From a virus: 64,000 bases of DNA. The translations under genes were made by a program, and so were the position numbers. The stretch covers positions 1,698 through 65,697 of IMG/VR virus record IMGVR_UViG_3300045988_099661, one strand, 5' to 3'. Position 1 is the stretch's first letter; each line of letters starts with the position of its first letter. The notes beneath the pieces are model-generated. The model saw nothing but the letters and a program-made list of their open reading frames with translations, made no database searches and was not told where the DNA came from. Positions 9,106-18,080 of the stretch are shown here, one piece after another.

Positions 9106-11730
9106 CTACGATAACTTATTAGCTTGCACGATGCTGGTCAGATTATTGCTGGCATCTTTTACCATCATAATGTTTAAAAGCAAACCGGAGCTTGTAATAG
9201 CTACATCAGATGCAGACCCTATATACTTAACAGTTCCACAGTTAGTGATAGTCAATGCATAGTCTGCATCCGCTGTAAAGTACGCACTAAATACAGAGAT
9301 TTGTGACTTATCAACTTTCATTGCCAAAGCACCTAAATCAAGTGTGAAATTATTAGTTGCCTTATACATCATTGCAGATATAATCGGCGTATCATTCGTA
9401 CCTGTTACGATGTATATAGGATACTTTTCGTAATATACCGACAAAAAGTTTAACGTCTGCGCTGCTGTCCAAGTGTTAGCCACCGACGTTTTAGCGTAAT
9501 CAGCAAGCGATTGATGCTGTGTCAAATAACCTGCATCGTTTGGCAGGTCAGATACTTTAGTAGGCACACTAGCAGCAACGGAATCAATAGCAGCTTTTAC
9601 AGCTTTATTCTGCACAGGGTTAGTACTTGTAGATGACAGCTCGCTATCCACCGCGACTATGCTGCCTGCGCCTTGCTCGCCTTTATCACCCTTTGGGCCT
9701 TGTGGAATAACAAAGTCAAGCACAGCCGCAGATGTAGTACCGCTGTTCGTTACCTTTGCTGCCGTACCTGCTGCACCTGTGGTAACAACACCGACTTTAA
9801 TAGTAGCTGCTGCACCTGCTGCGCCTGCTGCACCGTCGTTACCTTTTGGGCCTTGCAGACCTTGCAAGCCACGCTCCCCTTGCAAGCCTTGCGGCCCTCT
9901 CTCGCCTTGTGGGCCTGTTGCTCCTGTTGCGCCTTGGATGCCCTGTAAGCCCTGTGGGCCTGTATCTCCCTTATCGCCACGCGGAATAACAAAATCAAAT
10001 ACGGCTGCTGATGCTGTTCCACTATTAGATATAGTAACAGAAGTGCCAGCTGCACCTGTTTTTACAGTGCCTACTTTTATAGTTGCCGGTGTTCCAGTAT
10101 CACCTTTTGCACCTTGCTCACCTGTTTCGCCTTTCGGGCCGGTGTCACCTTTCAGACCTTGTTCGCCTTTGACACCCTGTTCGCCTTTTTCGCCACGCAA
10201 TCCTTGAGGACCTTGAGGACCAACATCGCCTTTGTCACCTTTTGCACCTTTTAGTCTGGCAAGCTGTTCTTCGGTAAAATCGTTATAGGTGAAGGCATCA
10301 CCTTTTTCACCTGTTTCGCCTTTGTCGCCTTTAGCTCCTTGCAAGCCTTGCGGCCCTCTATCGCCACGTTCACCTTTAGCACCTTGAATGTTACCGCAGT
10401 CAATCCATTCTGTGCCAGACCACGCATAGAGATTAACGCCGACCATGTAAGCGTCGCCGTCTTTGCCTGTAGGATGTGCAGCCATTAAAGCAGATAAACT
10501 ATCATATTTGCCTTTAATGGTAACGCCTGTACCTTGGTCTCCCTTTTCACCCTTTTCGCCCCTCAGACCTTGTGCGCCTTGCAAGCCTTGCGGCCCTCTA
10601 TCACCTGTTGCGCCTTTGTCACCTTTAGGGATGATAAAATCAAAAACGGCTGCTGATGCTGTGCCGCTGTTTGTAACGCTTGCGCTTGTACCTGCTGCGC
10701 CTGTCTCTACAGTGCCTATTCTTACAGTGGCAGGTGTGCCAGTATCGCCTTTAACACCTTGAATACCTTGCAACCCCTGTAGACCTCTCTCGCCACGCTC
10801 GCCTTGCAAACCTTGCAGACCTTTGTCGCCTTGTGGGCCTTTAAGACCTGCCAACTGCTCCTGCGTGAAATCCGCATAAGTGAAAGCGTCACCCTTGTCA
10901 CCTTTAGCTCCCTGTGGGCCTGTTGCTCCTCGTGGGCCTGTTTCACCACGCTCACCTTGCAAACCTCTGTCGCCCTGTGGGCCTTTTAAAGCAGCTAGCT
11001 GTGCCGCAGTGAAATCAGTGTATTTGAAAGCATCGCCTTTTTCGCCTTTAGCGCCTTGCAAGCCTTGCGGCCCTTGCTCGCCACGTTCACCTTTAGCACC
11101 TGTTGCACCAGTGTCGCCCTTAGCACCTTGCTCGCCCTTTTCGCCGCGTTCGCCTTTGACATTTACTGGGGTAGGATTTGCAAGACCTGCTTTATTCGTC
11201 CATGTCATTACGCCGTCTTGGCTCACGGACGGAATATAGACGTTTACAGACTCGCTATACTCTTTAGCCTTATCAGCATACCCCTTGGCGTTCTGTGCGC
11301 TCTCAGCGGCGTTGGCTTCGCTTGTGGCGGCCTTTTCGCGCAAGTCCTTTACCTCGCCTAGTACCTCGACTAAATAAGTCTCTGTGAGCCTTCCTTCTTC
11401 GCCCATACCACCGACAAACTCACTGCCACGCACTGTAAGCAGTTTATCGCTTGCCGTGCCTGTCACGTTCTCTGCGTTCTTCCTGCCTACGACAGAAATG
11501 GTGAACTCGCCCTCGGCAGAAGTACACTGGATAGGCACTAGGCACTTGTTATCCTCAATATAAATTTCGTAGGTGTTATTGTCGCGCTTGAACAAAGCCC
11601 ATTTATCCAGCTCTGCCCAATCGGAAGAAAAACTGAATATGCACTCTACGAAGTTCTTTGAGCCTTCGATTAAATAAGCGTCCGACGTTCGTGTCAGACG
11701 CTGTTGGTCAATTTCAAATTCTATTTGCAT
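9106..11730 (-). CDS. Collagen-like tail fibre, 874 aa
   Basis: Many G-X-Y runs ([31 protein letters not shown]...). Three repeated about 40-aa non-collagen modules ([37 protein letters not shown] and two variants). The motif DAFTYxDFTxEQLAxLKG occurs three times. The C-terminal part contains [18 protein letters not shown]. Confidence 0.85.
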   Translation of the reverse strand: MQIEFEIDQQRLTRTSDAYLIEGSKNFVECIFSFSSDWAELDKWALFKRDNNTYEIYIEDNKCLVPIQCTSAEGEFTISVVGRKNAENVTGTASDKLLTVRGSEFVGGMGEEGRLTETYLVEVLGEVKDLREKAATSEANAAESAQNAKGYADKAKEYSESVNVYIPSVSQDGVMTWTNKAGLANPTPVNVKGERGEKGEQGAKGDTGATGAKGERGEQGPQGLQGAKGEKGDAFKYTDFTAAQLAALKGPQGDRGLQGERGETGPRGATGPQGAKGDKGDAFTYADFTQEQLAGLKGPQGDKGLQGLQGERGERGLQGLQGIQGVKGDTGTPATVRIGTVETGAAGTSASVTNSGTASAAVFDFIIPKGDKGATGDRGPQGLQGAQGLRGEKGEKGDQGTGVTIKGKYDSLSALMAAHPTGKDGDAYMVGVNLYAWSGTEWIDCGNIQGAKGERGDRGPQGLQGAKGDKGETGEKGDAFTYNDFTEEQLARLKGAKGDKGDVGPQGPQGLRGEKGEQGVKGEQGLKGDTGPKGETGEQGAKGDTGTPATIKVGTVKTGAAGTSVTISNSGTASAAVFDFVIPRGDKGDTGPQGLQGIQGATGATGPQGERGPQGLQGERGLQGLQGPKGNDGAAGAAGAAATIKVGVVTTGAAGTAAKVTNSGTTSAAVLDFVIPQGPKGDKGEQGAGSIVAVDSELSSTSTNPVQNKAVKAAIDSVAASVPTKVSDLPNDAGYLTQHQSLADYAKTSVANTWTAAQTLNFLSVYYEKYPIYIVTGTNDTPIISAMMYKATNNFTLDLGALAMKVDKSQISVFSAYFTADADYALTITNCGTVKYIGSASDVAITSSGLLLNIMMVKDASNNLTSIVQANKLS

Positions 11731-11739
11731 GGTTTCACC

Positions 11740-12021
11740 TCACACATTCCAGTTGATGTCTGGCAATTCCAATACCAGTTGCGCATTAGTTGGCATATCT
11801 CGTTTGCCTTCATGAACGTCTTTGATTATTTGGTATACCGTACGATATACTCTGCTGCGCCATTTCTTTGCTGCTTTGCCTTCTGCGTCATAAATAACAT
11901 CTTCATCTCCGGCATAACTAACAGCGGTGAATATGCTGTAATACCCGCGTTCGCGTACAATCATGTTCATAAATTCTTCTGCTGCTTCGATTAGCCGCTT
12001 ATCAGCAACTGTCATTTCCAT
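11740..12021 (-). CDS. Hypothetical protein, 93 aa
   Basis: ORF between the PLP enzyme gene and the fibre gene. Confidence 0.55.
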   Translation of the reverse strand: MEMTVADKRLIEAAEEFMNMIVRERGYYSIFTAVSYAGDEDVIYDAEGKAAKKWRSRVYRTVYQIIKDVHEGKRDMPTNAQLVLELPDINWNV

Positions 12022-12022
12022 A

Positions 12023-12973
12023 TTAGCCCCCTATTCCAAACGGCGTTAACGCCCGCTTAATATCATCAATAATATCCGATGCTTCTTCAAGGCCTATACA
12101 CAACCGAATAGAGTCGTTGCTGTTGACGACCGCGGCTAAGGTGTTGTCTTGCCCGAAACTAAATGCGTTATCGATTAATTGCAGTGACTCAACGAATTGT
12201 TTGTGTTGCAAGCGCGTTCCGAATGTAAAATCAATCATTCCGCTTCTCGCGTCACTTCCTTTTATGTTGACACGCTTTTTTAAATATGCCAACACAGACA
12301 CGGTGTTACTTTTGATTTTTTCTAGCCGCAATGGAAGTGTCGCTATTCCTCTACGAATCAAATATGCGTTAATCGGCTGGATGCCGTACCCATATAACGC
12401 CACTTCATCATCCATTTCAGTATTACAGAGAAGCGCGCCGCCCAAAGAGTCACCATGTCCTCCAGCATATTTGCTCAAACTTTCGACAACAAAATCAGCG
12501 CCGTAATCAAACGGATTAGAATAGTAGGATGTTAGCATTGTGTTGTCGACCAGCACCTTACATCCTGCTTCTTTTGCTTTAGAGCAGATGCCAGCTATGT
12601 CATAAGCCTTACACTCGGGGTTGCTTAAAACATCAACAACCACCAGTGAGTTCGCGGAAAAATCACAGTCTTTGCCTAAGTCAACATACTCTGCGTTGTA
12701 TTTATTTAGCAAGCACCTAGATTCTTCGTGGATGTATTTATCTGCGATTATTTGCTTTTGATTGGTGCTCAAGACAAGATTTAGACACGCCATTGCGCTG
12801 CTCAAGCAGTAACAATAAGCGGCTTTGCGGCTGTATAAATCCAGTATTGTTGTTTCTAGCTCATCCCTATTAGGATTGTTGTAGCGCGTATAAACAAACC
12901 CCTCTCCCACTTCAAAGGCATTGTCTAACCATATCGCTCTTGAGTGCCTAACGCACTTTGTTGCATATTTCAT
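12023..12973 (-). CDS. PLP-dependent Cys/Met-metabolism family enzyme (cystathionine gamma-synthase/beta-lyase/gamma-lyase-like), short form of about 316 aa
   Basis: Motif blocks: YTRYNNPNRDELE (YxRxxNPT-like); VVDVLSNPECKAYDI; LVDNTM (PLP-N1 Asp); SLSKYAGGHGDSLGG (Schiff-base Lys motif S-x-x-K-Y-x-x-G-H-x-D); RLCIGLEEASDIIDDIKRAL (RLSVGIE..DLI.DL..AL). The ATG at 12973 is the likely start; the track starts 6 nt earlier at a TTG. Confidence 0.8.
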   Translation of the reverse strand: MKYATKCVRHSRAIWLDNAFEVGEGFVYTRYNNPNRDELETTILDLYSRKAAYCYCLSSAMACLNLVLSTNQKQIIADKYIHEESRCLLNKYNAEYVDLGKDCDFSANSLVVVDVLSNPECKAYDIAGICSKAKEAGCKVLVDNTMLTSYYSNPFDYGADFVVESLSKYAGGHGDSLGGALLCNTEMDDEVALYGYGIQPINAYLIRRGIATLPLRLEKIKSNTVSVLAYLKKRVNIKGSDARSGMIDFTFGTRLQHKQFVESLQLIDNAFSFGQDNTLAAVVNSNDSIRLCIGLEEASDIIDDIKRALTPFGIGG

Positions 12974-12983
12974 AAGCAAAATA

Positions 12984-15155
12984 TTACGATAGGCTATAAT
13001 CGGTGCTGCCGTTTTCTATAGCAACGAAAGCAGCAACGCCTGTCGATATTGCAAACGAACCGGAATTGTATGACGCAGAAATCAATATTACCTCATCTGA
13101 TTCTAATGTTACACTGGTCGGGTTGTTAGAACTATAGCTGCGCCTTTTATATGATGCCAAGACGATTCGTAATGTAACCTTAGTTTCGTAATCTACTGCG
13201 CTTGGCAACACAAAACGAAGATTTTGCCTCGTTTTCAGTTTTTCACTATAATTATCTCCTGATGTTTGCGGCAACGGTGTATATTCACTTTCTGCAATAA
13301 CATTCTCTTGATATATAATTTGCATTTTGTAAGCCCTTGCGGTTTTAGAGTAAGTTGTTTGGTGGGAACCAACGTGTCTGCTACCAGCAGCGAGTGAGGT
13401 TAATTCTGCGGCAATCACTCCTTCTGTAGCCGATTTCGGCACAGGCAATTCTTTGTCAAAATACGCTTCGATATTGTATTTGTCTATCGTTTTAATATTT
13501 TCGGTAGTAGTACCCACGTAATCTTCGTTGTACGGAATGGTCGTGCTCGAACCTTCGCCAAGTCGAGTGTAACACTCTACGCTAAAGCCGTTAACCGTAA
13601 CATTTGTCGCTCTGCAAATTATAAATACGTTGCTTTGCGCATAATTTGCTTCGTTGCACTGCAATTCTGTTGGAACACATACAACGCTTGGCGTATTCTT
13701 CCAAGGCGCGGCAAATGTCACTTTTTGGCCGTGGGCTGCAGTGCCGACACAAATTCTATGTAGCTGAGCGTATTGGTTATCATTTGCGTCATAAAACGTA
13801 ATGCCCCGTTCGTCAAACAAAGTGTAACCTCCGCTCGATTCACTACATCTCAATCCTTCTTGGCTGAGCCTTACTGCACCACCAACGACCGCTAAAGCTC
13901 CTGCAAGTTCCATATCTCCGGCATACAATTTGTCTACCGTTACAGCTCCGGCACTAATCTTATCACCGATAACACTTCCTGCCTGTATAGCATCAGAAGT
14001 TACACTGTCAGCGGCAAGTTTCTCGGCAGTTATAGCTCCTGCTTCAATTTTGTCAGCAGTCACTGCTCCTGCTCCGATTTTGGTAGACGTGATAGCGTTA
14101 GCCTGTATCTTTGCAGCAGTAACCGCATTATCCGCGATATTGTCAGCGTCAACCATTAAGGTTTTAACATCAGCCTGTGCTGTATCGCTCCATTCGCCGT
14201 CGCTTATATCGTCAACAAAGCAATAGCTTACAGTAATAGTTCCGCTAAAGAAGAAATATATGAACTCGCCGTTTTCAGTAGTATAGTAATCATCTTCGCC
14301 GTCAGAAGTAACGATATGAAGTTTATAATGAGTGTATCCTAGCGGCAATCCAGCCATTTTAATATTCACGCCATCAAGCGTAGCAGTCAGTATTGGTGCG
14401 GCAGGTTTCCCACCTATGGCCTTATTAAACTGATGTACCGCAGGCTCGCTATACTCGCCAAAGATGTTACGGACATAAAGATAAGCTGTGCCTGCGCGAA
14501 TGCCGGGGTTAGCTCTGCTCCACGTTTCACGTGTGCTGTCTAACCTTTTATCATTCCAAACGCCGGGGTTCTGGTCTAACCTAAGCTCAAAAAAATCCAC
14601 ATAGTTGTTATCCTCGAACAGCCATTTCCAAAGTGGGCCTTGCTCATCCCACGTCAGCACGAACTGTGTTGGTGGAGCAGGGATATATTGACTGCCTTTG
14701 ATTGTTATGTTGGCCATAGGAGCAGTGTCGAAGTCTGCTGCAACGCCTTTTGAATTCACTGCTATAACGCGAATATAGTACATTGCGCCAGCCGTCGCAC
14801 CTTGCATTACGTACTGCGTGCCATTCGCCTCGCCAGCCTTTTCCCATGAGCTGCCAGCGGCACGCGTATACCACACCTCGGCTTTAGCGTAATCGTTGAC
14901 GGGCGTCATGTCCCAGTTAATTTGAATGTTATTACTGCGCACTCCGTCAGTGATAGCGTGCAGCTCCAGCAATGTGATATTGGTTACGTGGTTTGGCTTC
15001 TTCGTCAGCTCTTCAAGTGCGCTGTCTATCTTCTCATCAGTAACTAATCCGTACTTCGCGAGATAATTTTTCAGCGCTGCAACGAAAGTTTTGCCGTCGC
15101 CGGAGACGGAATTGGGGATGTTGCGCAGTATGTTTTTAATATCTTCCGCATTCAC
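12984..15155 (-). CDS. Tail protein/host-specificity-type protein with an FN3-like domain and AVTxxKI repeats, 723 aa
   Basis: The segment IQINWDMTPVNDYAKAEVWYTRAAGSSWEKAGEANGTQYVMQGATAGAMYYIRVIAVN is FN3-like. The repeat run is AVTAAKIQANAITSTKIGAGAVTADKIEAGAITAEKLAADSVTSDAIQAGSV. Confidence 0.65.
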   Translation of the reverse strand: MNAEDIKNILRNIPNSVSGDGKTFVAALKNYLAKYGLVTDEKIDSALEELTKKPNHVTNITLLELHAITDGVRSNNIQINWDMTPVNDYAKAEVWYTRAAGSSWEKAGEANGTQYVMQGATAGAMYYIRVIAVNSKGVAADFDTAPMANITIKGSQYIPAPPTQFVLTWDEQGPLWKWLFEDNNYVDFFELRLDQNPGVWNDKRLDSTRETWSRANPGIRAGTAYLYVRNIFGEYSEPAVHQFNKAIGGKPAAPILTATLDGVNIKMAGLPLGYTHYKLHIVTSDGEDDYYTTENGEFIYFFFSGTITVSYCFVDDISDGEWSDTAQADVKTLMVDADNIADNAVTAAKIQANAITSTKIGAGAVTADKIEAGAITAEKLAADSVTSDAIQAGSVIGDKISAGAVTVDKLYAGDMELAGALAVVGGAVRLSQEGLRCSESSGGYTLFDERGITFYDANDNQYAQLHRICVGTAAHGQKVTFAAPWKNTPSVVCVPTELQCNEANYAQSNVFIICRATNVTVNGFSVECYTRLGEGSSTTIPYNEDYVGTTTENIKTIDKYNIEAYFDKELPVPKSATEGVIAAELTSLAAGSRHVGSHQTTYSKTARAYKMQIIYQENVIAESEYTPLPQTSGDNYSEKLKTRQNLRFVLPSAVDYETKVTLRIVLASYKRRSYSSNNPTSVTLESDEVILISASYNSGSFAISTGVAAFVAIENGSTDYSLS

Positions 15156-15165
15156 ATCTCATCAC

Positions 15166-15651
15166 CTACGCTTGTACTCCGAATGCACTGTTAACCATAT
15201 CCATGAGCGATGTGCTGAGGGATTGGTCTTGCGCCACGTTGAGCCTCTGCTGATTCAACAAGAGCAGCACCGTAGCGTTAACAATTACGTTATTGGTCAG
15301 TGCGTCGTTATATGGCATTTCTTCTCCGTCTACACCTGTAATATTTGGCGGCTTGAAGAAATACCGCAACGCCATTTTTCCTTTGTTGCTTTCGAGAAAT
15401 TTAATGGTTTTGCCAGTAACTCTAATGGGCGAAATGCCGCAGAATTTGATATAGTCGTCTGGCACCAAATCGCCGTCTGCTACCTCAATATCTTTAATCG
15501 CCAACGGGTTCTGGGCGGTCACAAAATATAAACCGATATAGTTAATAGCTTGGTTGATATAGCTTACAATATCGTCGTTGTCAAAATCACCAATCGCCTC
15601 TTTGTCATTGATACGGTTGCGAATATCTTGAATCACTGTACTTACTAGCAT
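15166..15651 (-). CDS. Putative neck/head-tail adaptor protein, 161 aa
   Basis: Sits between the capsid and tail genes. The N-terminal pattern (IQDIRNRINDK...DDIVSYINQAINYI) is shared with the upstream 189-aa ORF. Confidence 0.4.
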   Translation of the reverse strand: MLVSTVIQDIRNRINDKEAIGDFDNDDIVSYINQAINYIGLYFVTAQNPLAIKDIEVADGDLVPDDYIKFCGISPIRVTGKTIKFLESNKGKMALRYFFKPPNITGVDGEEMPYNDALTNNVIVNATVLLLLNQQRLNVAQDQSLSTSLMDMVNSAFGVQA

Positions 15652-15665
15652 TTGCGCCCTCCCTT

Positions 15666-16235
15666 CTATACCATAAACGGCATCTTGATACGAGCATGAG
15701 TATAACGCCTTGCAGGAACGATAGCCTCTACCGCCTGCTCAATAGCTTGCAGCATACCATCCTCGCCGTCTGTCAGCACAGAAAAAGCAAAGTTTCTGAT
15801 AAGCTGTTCAAAGACTGCGGGCAGGTCAATCTCGTCCTTCTCTGTTTCAATTTCCTCGATTTTCTTGCGGTATGTAATTGTAAAATCTGGTAAACCGGAA
15901 AAGATTTTGTTGCCCACAATTTTGTACTCGTCAAACACCGGCGGCTTCGTTGAAGCAACTACTCTAAGTGGGAAGCCATGCTCGCAATCGTTTACCCCTA
16001 CCAATGTCACGAAATCGAAGGGCAAGCTAACGCCGCTGTTAAGTTCTTCGGTACTAAGGTGGTATTCCTTAATCTTCTCCAAAAAGTCACTGTTACGAAG
16101 CGCGTAGGATGCGTTCAGATAGTCGATAACATCGTTGATAGCATTGATAATCTGGTAATCGGTATATTTGATTTCGTCAAAATCCACGGCCTTTAAGCGG
16201 ATTTTGCGGATAAGTTTAGAAACTTCAATCGGCAT
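15666..16235 (-). CDS. Putative neck/head-tail adaptor protein, 189 aa (paralogue-like of 15166-15651)
   Basis: The N-terminus LIRKIRLKAVDFDEIKYTDYQIINAINDVIDYL parallels that of the neighbouring ORF. Confidence 0.4.
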   Translation of the reverse strand: MPIEVSKLIRKIRLKAVDFDEIKYTDYQIINAINDVIDYLNASYALRNSDFLEKIKEYHLSTEELNSGVSLPFDFVTLVGVNDCEHGFPLRVVASTKPPVFDEYKIVGNKIFSGLPDFTITYRKKIEEIETEKDEIDLPAVFEQLIRNFAFSVLTDGEDGMLQAIEQAVEAIVPARRYTHARIKMPFMV

Positions 16236-16246
16236 GACTTCTCACC

Positions 16247-16573
16247 TCAATAATACTTCTTCGGGATAAGCGGAGCGAACTCTCTGTGAACCTCGAAGAA
16301 CTTCTGCATCAGCTTTGTATATTCGCCCATGTCGCCTGCTCGCTGCGCTTTCTGCGCCTCGATGAGCCAAGGGTCGTACATGAACATCTCGCAGGGAATA
16401 ACGCCCATAGAGCGGAACTCTGCACCGTTTCTGCCGAGGGTGCCTCTGCCGCCGCCCTCTTTTTCAATCATGCGTGCAACTTCTGCACCGACACTGTGGT
16501 CGTATTTGTTTACGACGTGAAAACGATTCTTCTCGTCGATAAAAGTATCTTGCTTTACAAGCACTGATAGCAC
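16247..16573 (-). CDS. Hypothetical head-module protein, 108 aa
   Basis: ORF just downstream of the tRNA pair. Confidence 0.55.
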   Translation of the reverse strand: MLSVLVKQDTFIDEKNRFHVVNKYDHSVGAEVARMIEKEGGGRGTLGRNGAEFRSMGVIPCEMFMYDPWLIEAQKAQRAGDMGEYTKLMQKFFEVHREFAPLIPKKYY

Positions 16574-16596
16574 CTCCGTTATTGTTTATTTTTAAC

Positions 16597-16670
16597 TGGA
16601 GCTGGGTACGAGACTCGAACTCGTATGAGACGCTTACAAAGCGACCATGTTGCCATTACATCAGCCCAGC
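16597..16670 (-). tRNA. tRNA-Thr (anticodon UGU), 74 nt with encoded CCA
   Basis: The reverse complement is GCTGGGCTGATGTAATGGCAACATGGTCGCTTTGTAAGCGTCTCATACGAGTTCGAGTCTCGTACCCAGCTCCA. It folds as a cloverleaf: T arm ACGAG/TTCGAGT/CTCGT and anticodon loop TTTGTAA. There is one U-U mismatch in the anticodon stem and a C7-A66 mismatch. Confidence 0.75.
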
Positions 16671-16676
16671 ATATTA

Positions 16677-16752
16677 TGGAGCTGACAGCAGGAATCGAAC
16701 CTGCAACCTTAGCTTTACGAAAGCTCTGCACTGCCTGTTGTGCTATGCCAGC
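16677..16752 (-). tRNA. tRNA-Thr (anticodon CGU), 76 nt with encoded CCA
   Basis: The reverse complement is GCTGGCATAGCACAACAGGCAGTGCAGAGCTTTCGTAAAGCTAAGGTTGCAGGTTCGATTCCTGCTGTCAGCTCCA. The acceptor stem is 7 bp, the T arm is GCAGG/TTCGATT/CCTGC and the anticodon loop is TTCGTAA. Confidence 0.85.
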
Positions 16753-16756
16753 ATAT

Positions 16757-16785
16757 AAGAAAACCCCTCGAAACCGAGGGGTTTA
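16757..16785 (-). terminator. Intrinsic terminator after the major capsid gene
   Basis: On the minus strand the stem CCCCTCG-GTTT-CGAGGGG is followed by TTTTCTT. Confidence 0.75.
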
Positions 16786-16811
16786 AAGTGGTCGAAATCG
16801 ACTAGGTTAGA

Positions 16812-18008
16812 CTAGCGCTTGATACCTAAGATAGCGCCGGAAGCACGAGGAGCGGTGATTTTCAGACCGAGCCAGGACTCAATACGCTTTGCGTCGGACG
16901 TACCAGTCTTAGGCAGGTCGAAGGTGCGAGTCTTTTGGAACCATTTCAACAGCATGTAGTCAGTATCCATGATGAAGATGCTGCTGTCCGGGAGCATACG
17001 GTGAGACTCTGCGGTCAGAGTACCGTAGTCGGTCTGGATAACGTCGGCTACCAGCTCCAGTTTGCGACCTTTGGTCATGTCGCGATTGATGGTCGTGGAA
17101 GCAGTCACCAACTGGCTGAATTTACGCTTCTTCGCAGGGGACATATAAGCCTTGGTCGGATTACCGCCACGGTTGTAAACCATTTCCATGACAGTATTTA
17201 AATCGTCCAGAGTATAGTCAGCAGCGCCGCCGAGGGAGATTACGTTATTCTTGATAATCTTTACAGCAGTGCCGGCAGCAGAAGGCTTAACCTGTTCGGC
17301 ATCAATTTTCTCGATAGCGCCCTTGAGGGTGTTATACAGAGTAAATTTTGTTGCCGGAGTAGTGTCGTCGAGACGGATGTAGTAAATCGTCTTGGTTTTT
17401 AAACCAGTCGGCATATTGGTTGCATCGAAGTACACGAAGTCACCGGTCTTCATGTCATGAGCTGCGCTGGCAGTAATTACGCCGTCGGTGGTGGAGACGG
17501 TAACATCCAGAGTCTCTTCCTTCATGAAGTACGGAATACCGCCCGTCATGGCCGGGTTTGTGCCGCTTTCCGCACGACTGATAGTGTTGGACACGATAGC
17601 ATACTCAATATCATGAGCATGTTCCTTCATGCGGTTAGTCATCAAGCGAGCCAGCTCGTCCTTTTCGCGATACACCTTGGATACCTTGCGCTGCGCTTCG
17701 GTAACTTTCAGAGTGTTTACGAAATACTGGTTGTGGTTCTGCAAACCCTGCAGAGAGCCGCCCTTTTCCGCAGTGTATTCCTCGTCTTCCAGATGGGCGT
17801 TTACTTTCGGGGGATTCAGATGCTCGCTCATCCACTCAAAGAACAGAGTCTCGGAGTTTTCAGAAGGCAGCATGGATAAGAATTTGGTTTCTTCGGGAGA
17901 GATGTTGGTGATAACTTCACTCATATCCTCCGCATGGCCAATAGCTTCCGTGGTATGAGATTGGGAAGCGGAAGGGCCAAGATTACGATTAATGTCTTTG
18001 ATTGCCAT
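16812..18008 (-). CDS. Major capsid protein, 398 aa
   Basis: Follows the scaffold gene and is itself followed by a terminator. The size is typical of HK97-fold capsid proteins. The gene order portal-scaffold-capsid supports the call. Confidence 0.8.
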   Translation of the reverse strand: MAIKDINRNLGPSASQSHTTEAIGHAEDMSEVITNISPEETKFLSMLPSENSETLFFEWMSEHLNPPKVNAHLEDEEYTAEKGGSLQGLQNHNQYFVNTLKVTEAQRKVSKVYREKDELARLMTNRMKEHAHDIEYAIVSNTISRAESGTNPAMTGGIPYFMKEETLDVTVSTTDGVITASAAHDMKTGDFVYFDATNMPTGLKTKTIYYIRLDDTTPATKFTLYNTLKGAIEKIDAEQVKPSAAGTAVKIIKNNVISLGGAADYTLDDLNTVMEMVYNRGGNPTKAYMSPAKKRKFSQLVTASTTINRDMTKGRKLELVADVIQTDYGTLTAESHRMLPDSSIFIMDTDYMLLKWFQKTRTFDLPKTGTSDAKRIESWLGLKITAPRASGAILGIKR

Positions 18009-18080
18009 TAAATTTTCACCTCATTGTTCAAAAAATTTATTAACAAAAATCTTTCGGCCTCGGGGAAAGCCTTGGGATTT

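Noticed and set aside
9659-11361. Plus-strand Pro/Cys/Ser-rich ORFs and short minus-strand alternative frames across the fibre gene
   Set aside because: They are antisense or off-frame readings of GGN-rich collagen triplets. The 874-aa minus-strand frame explains the region.
9106-11730. A diversity-generating retroelement acting on the thrice-repeated fibre module
   Set aside because: No reverse transcriptase gene or template repeat outside the ORF is present anywhere in the window. The three modules are ordinary in-frame paralogous repeats.
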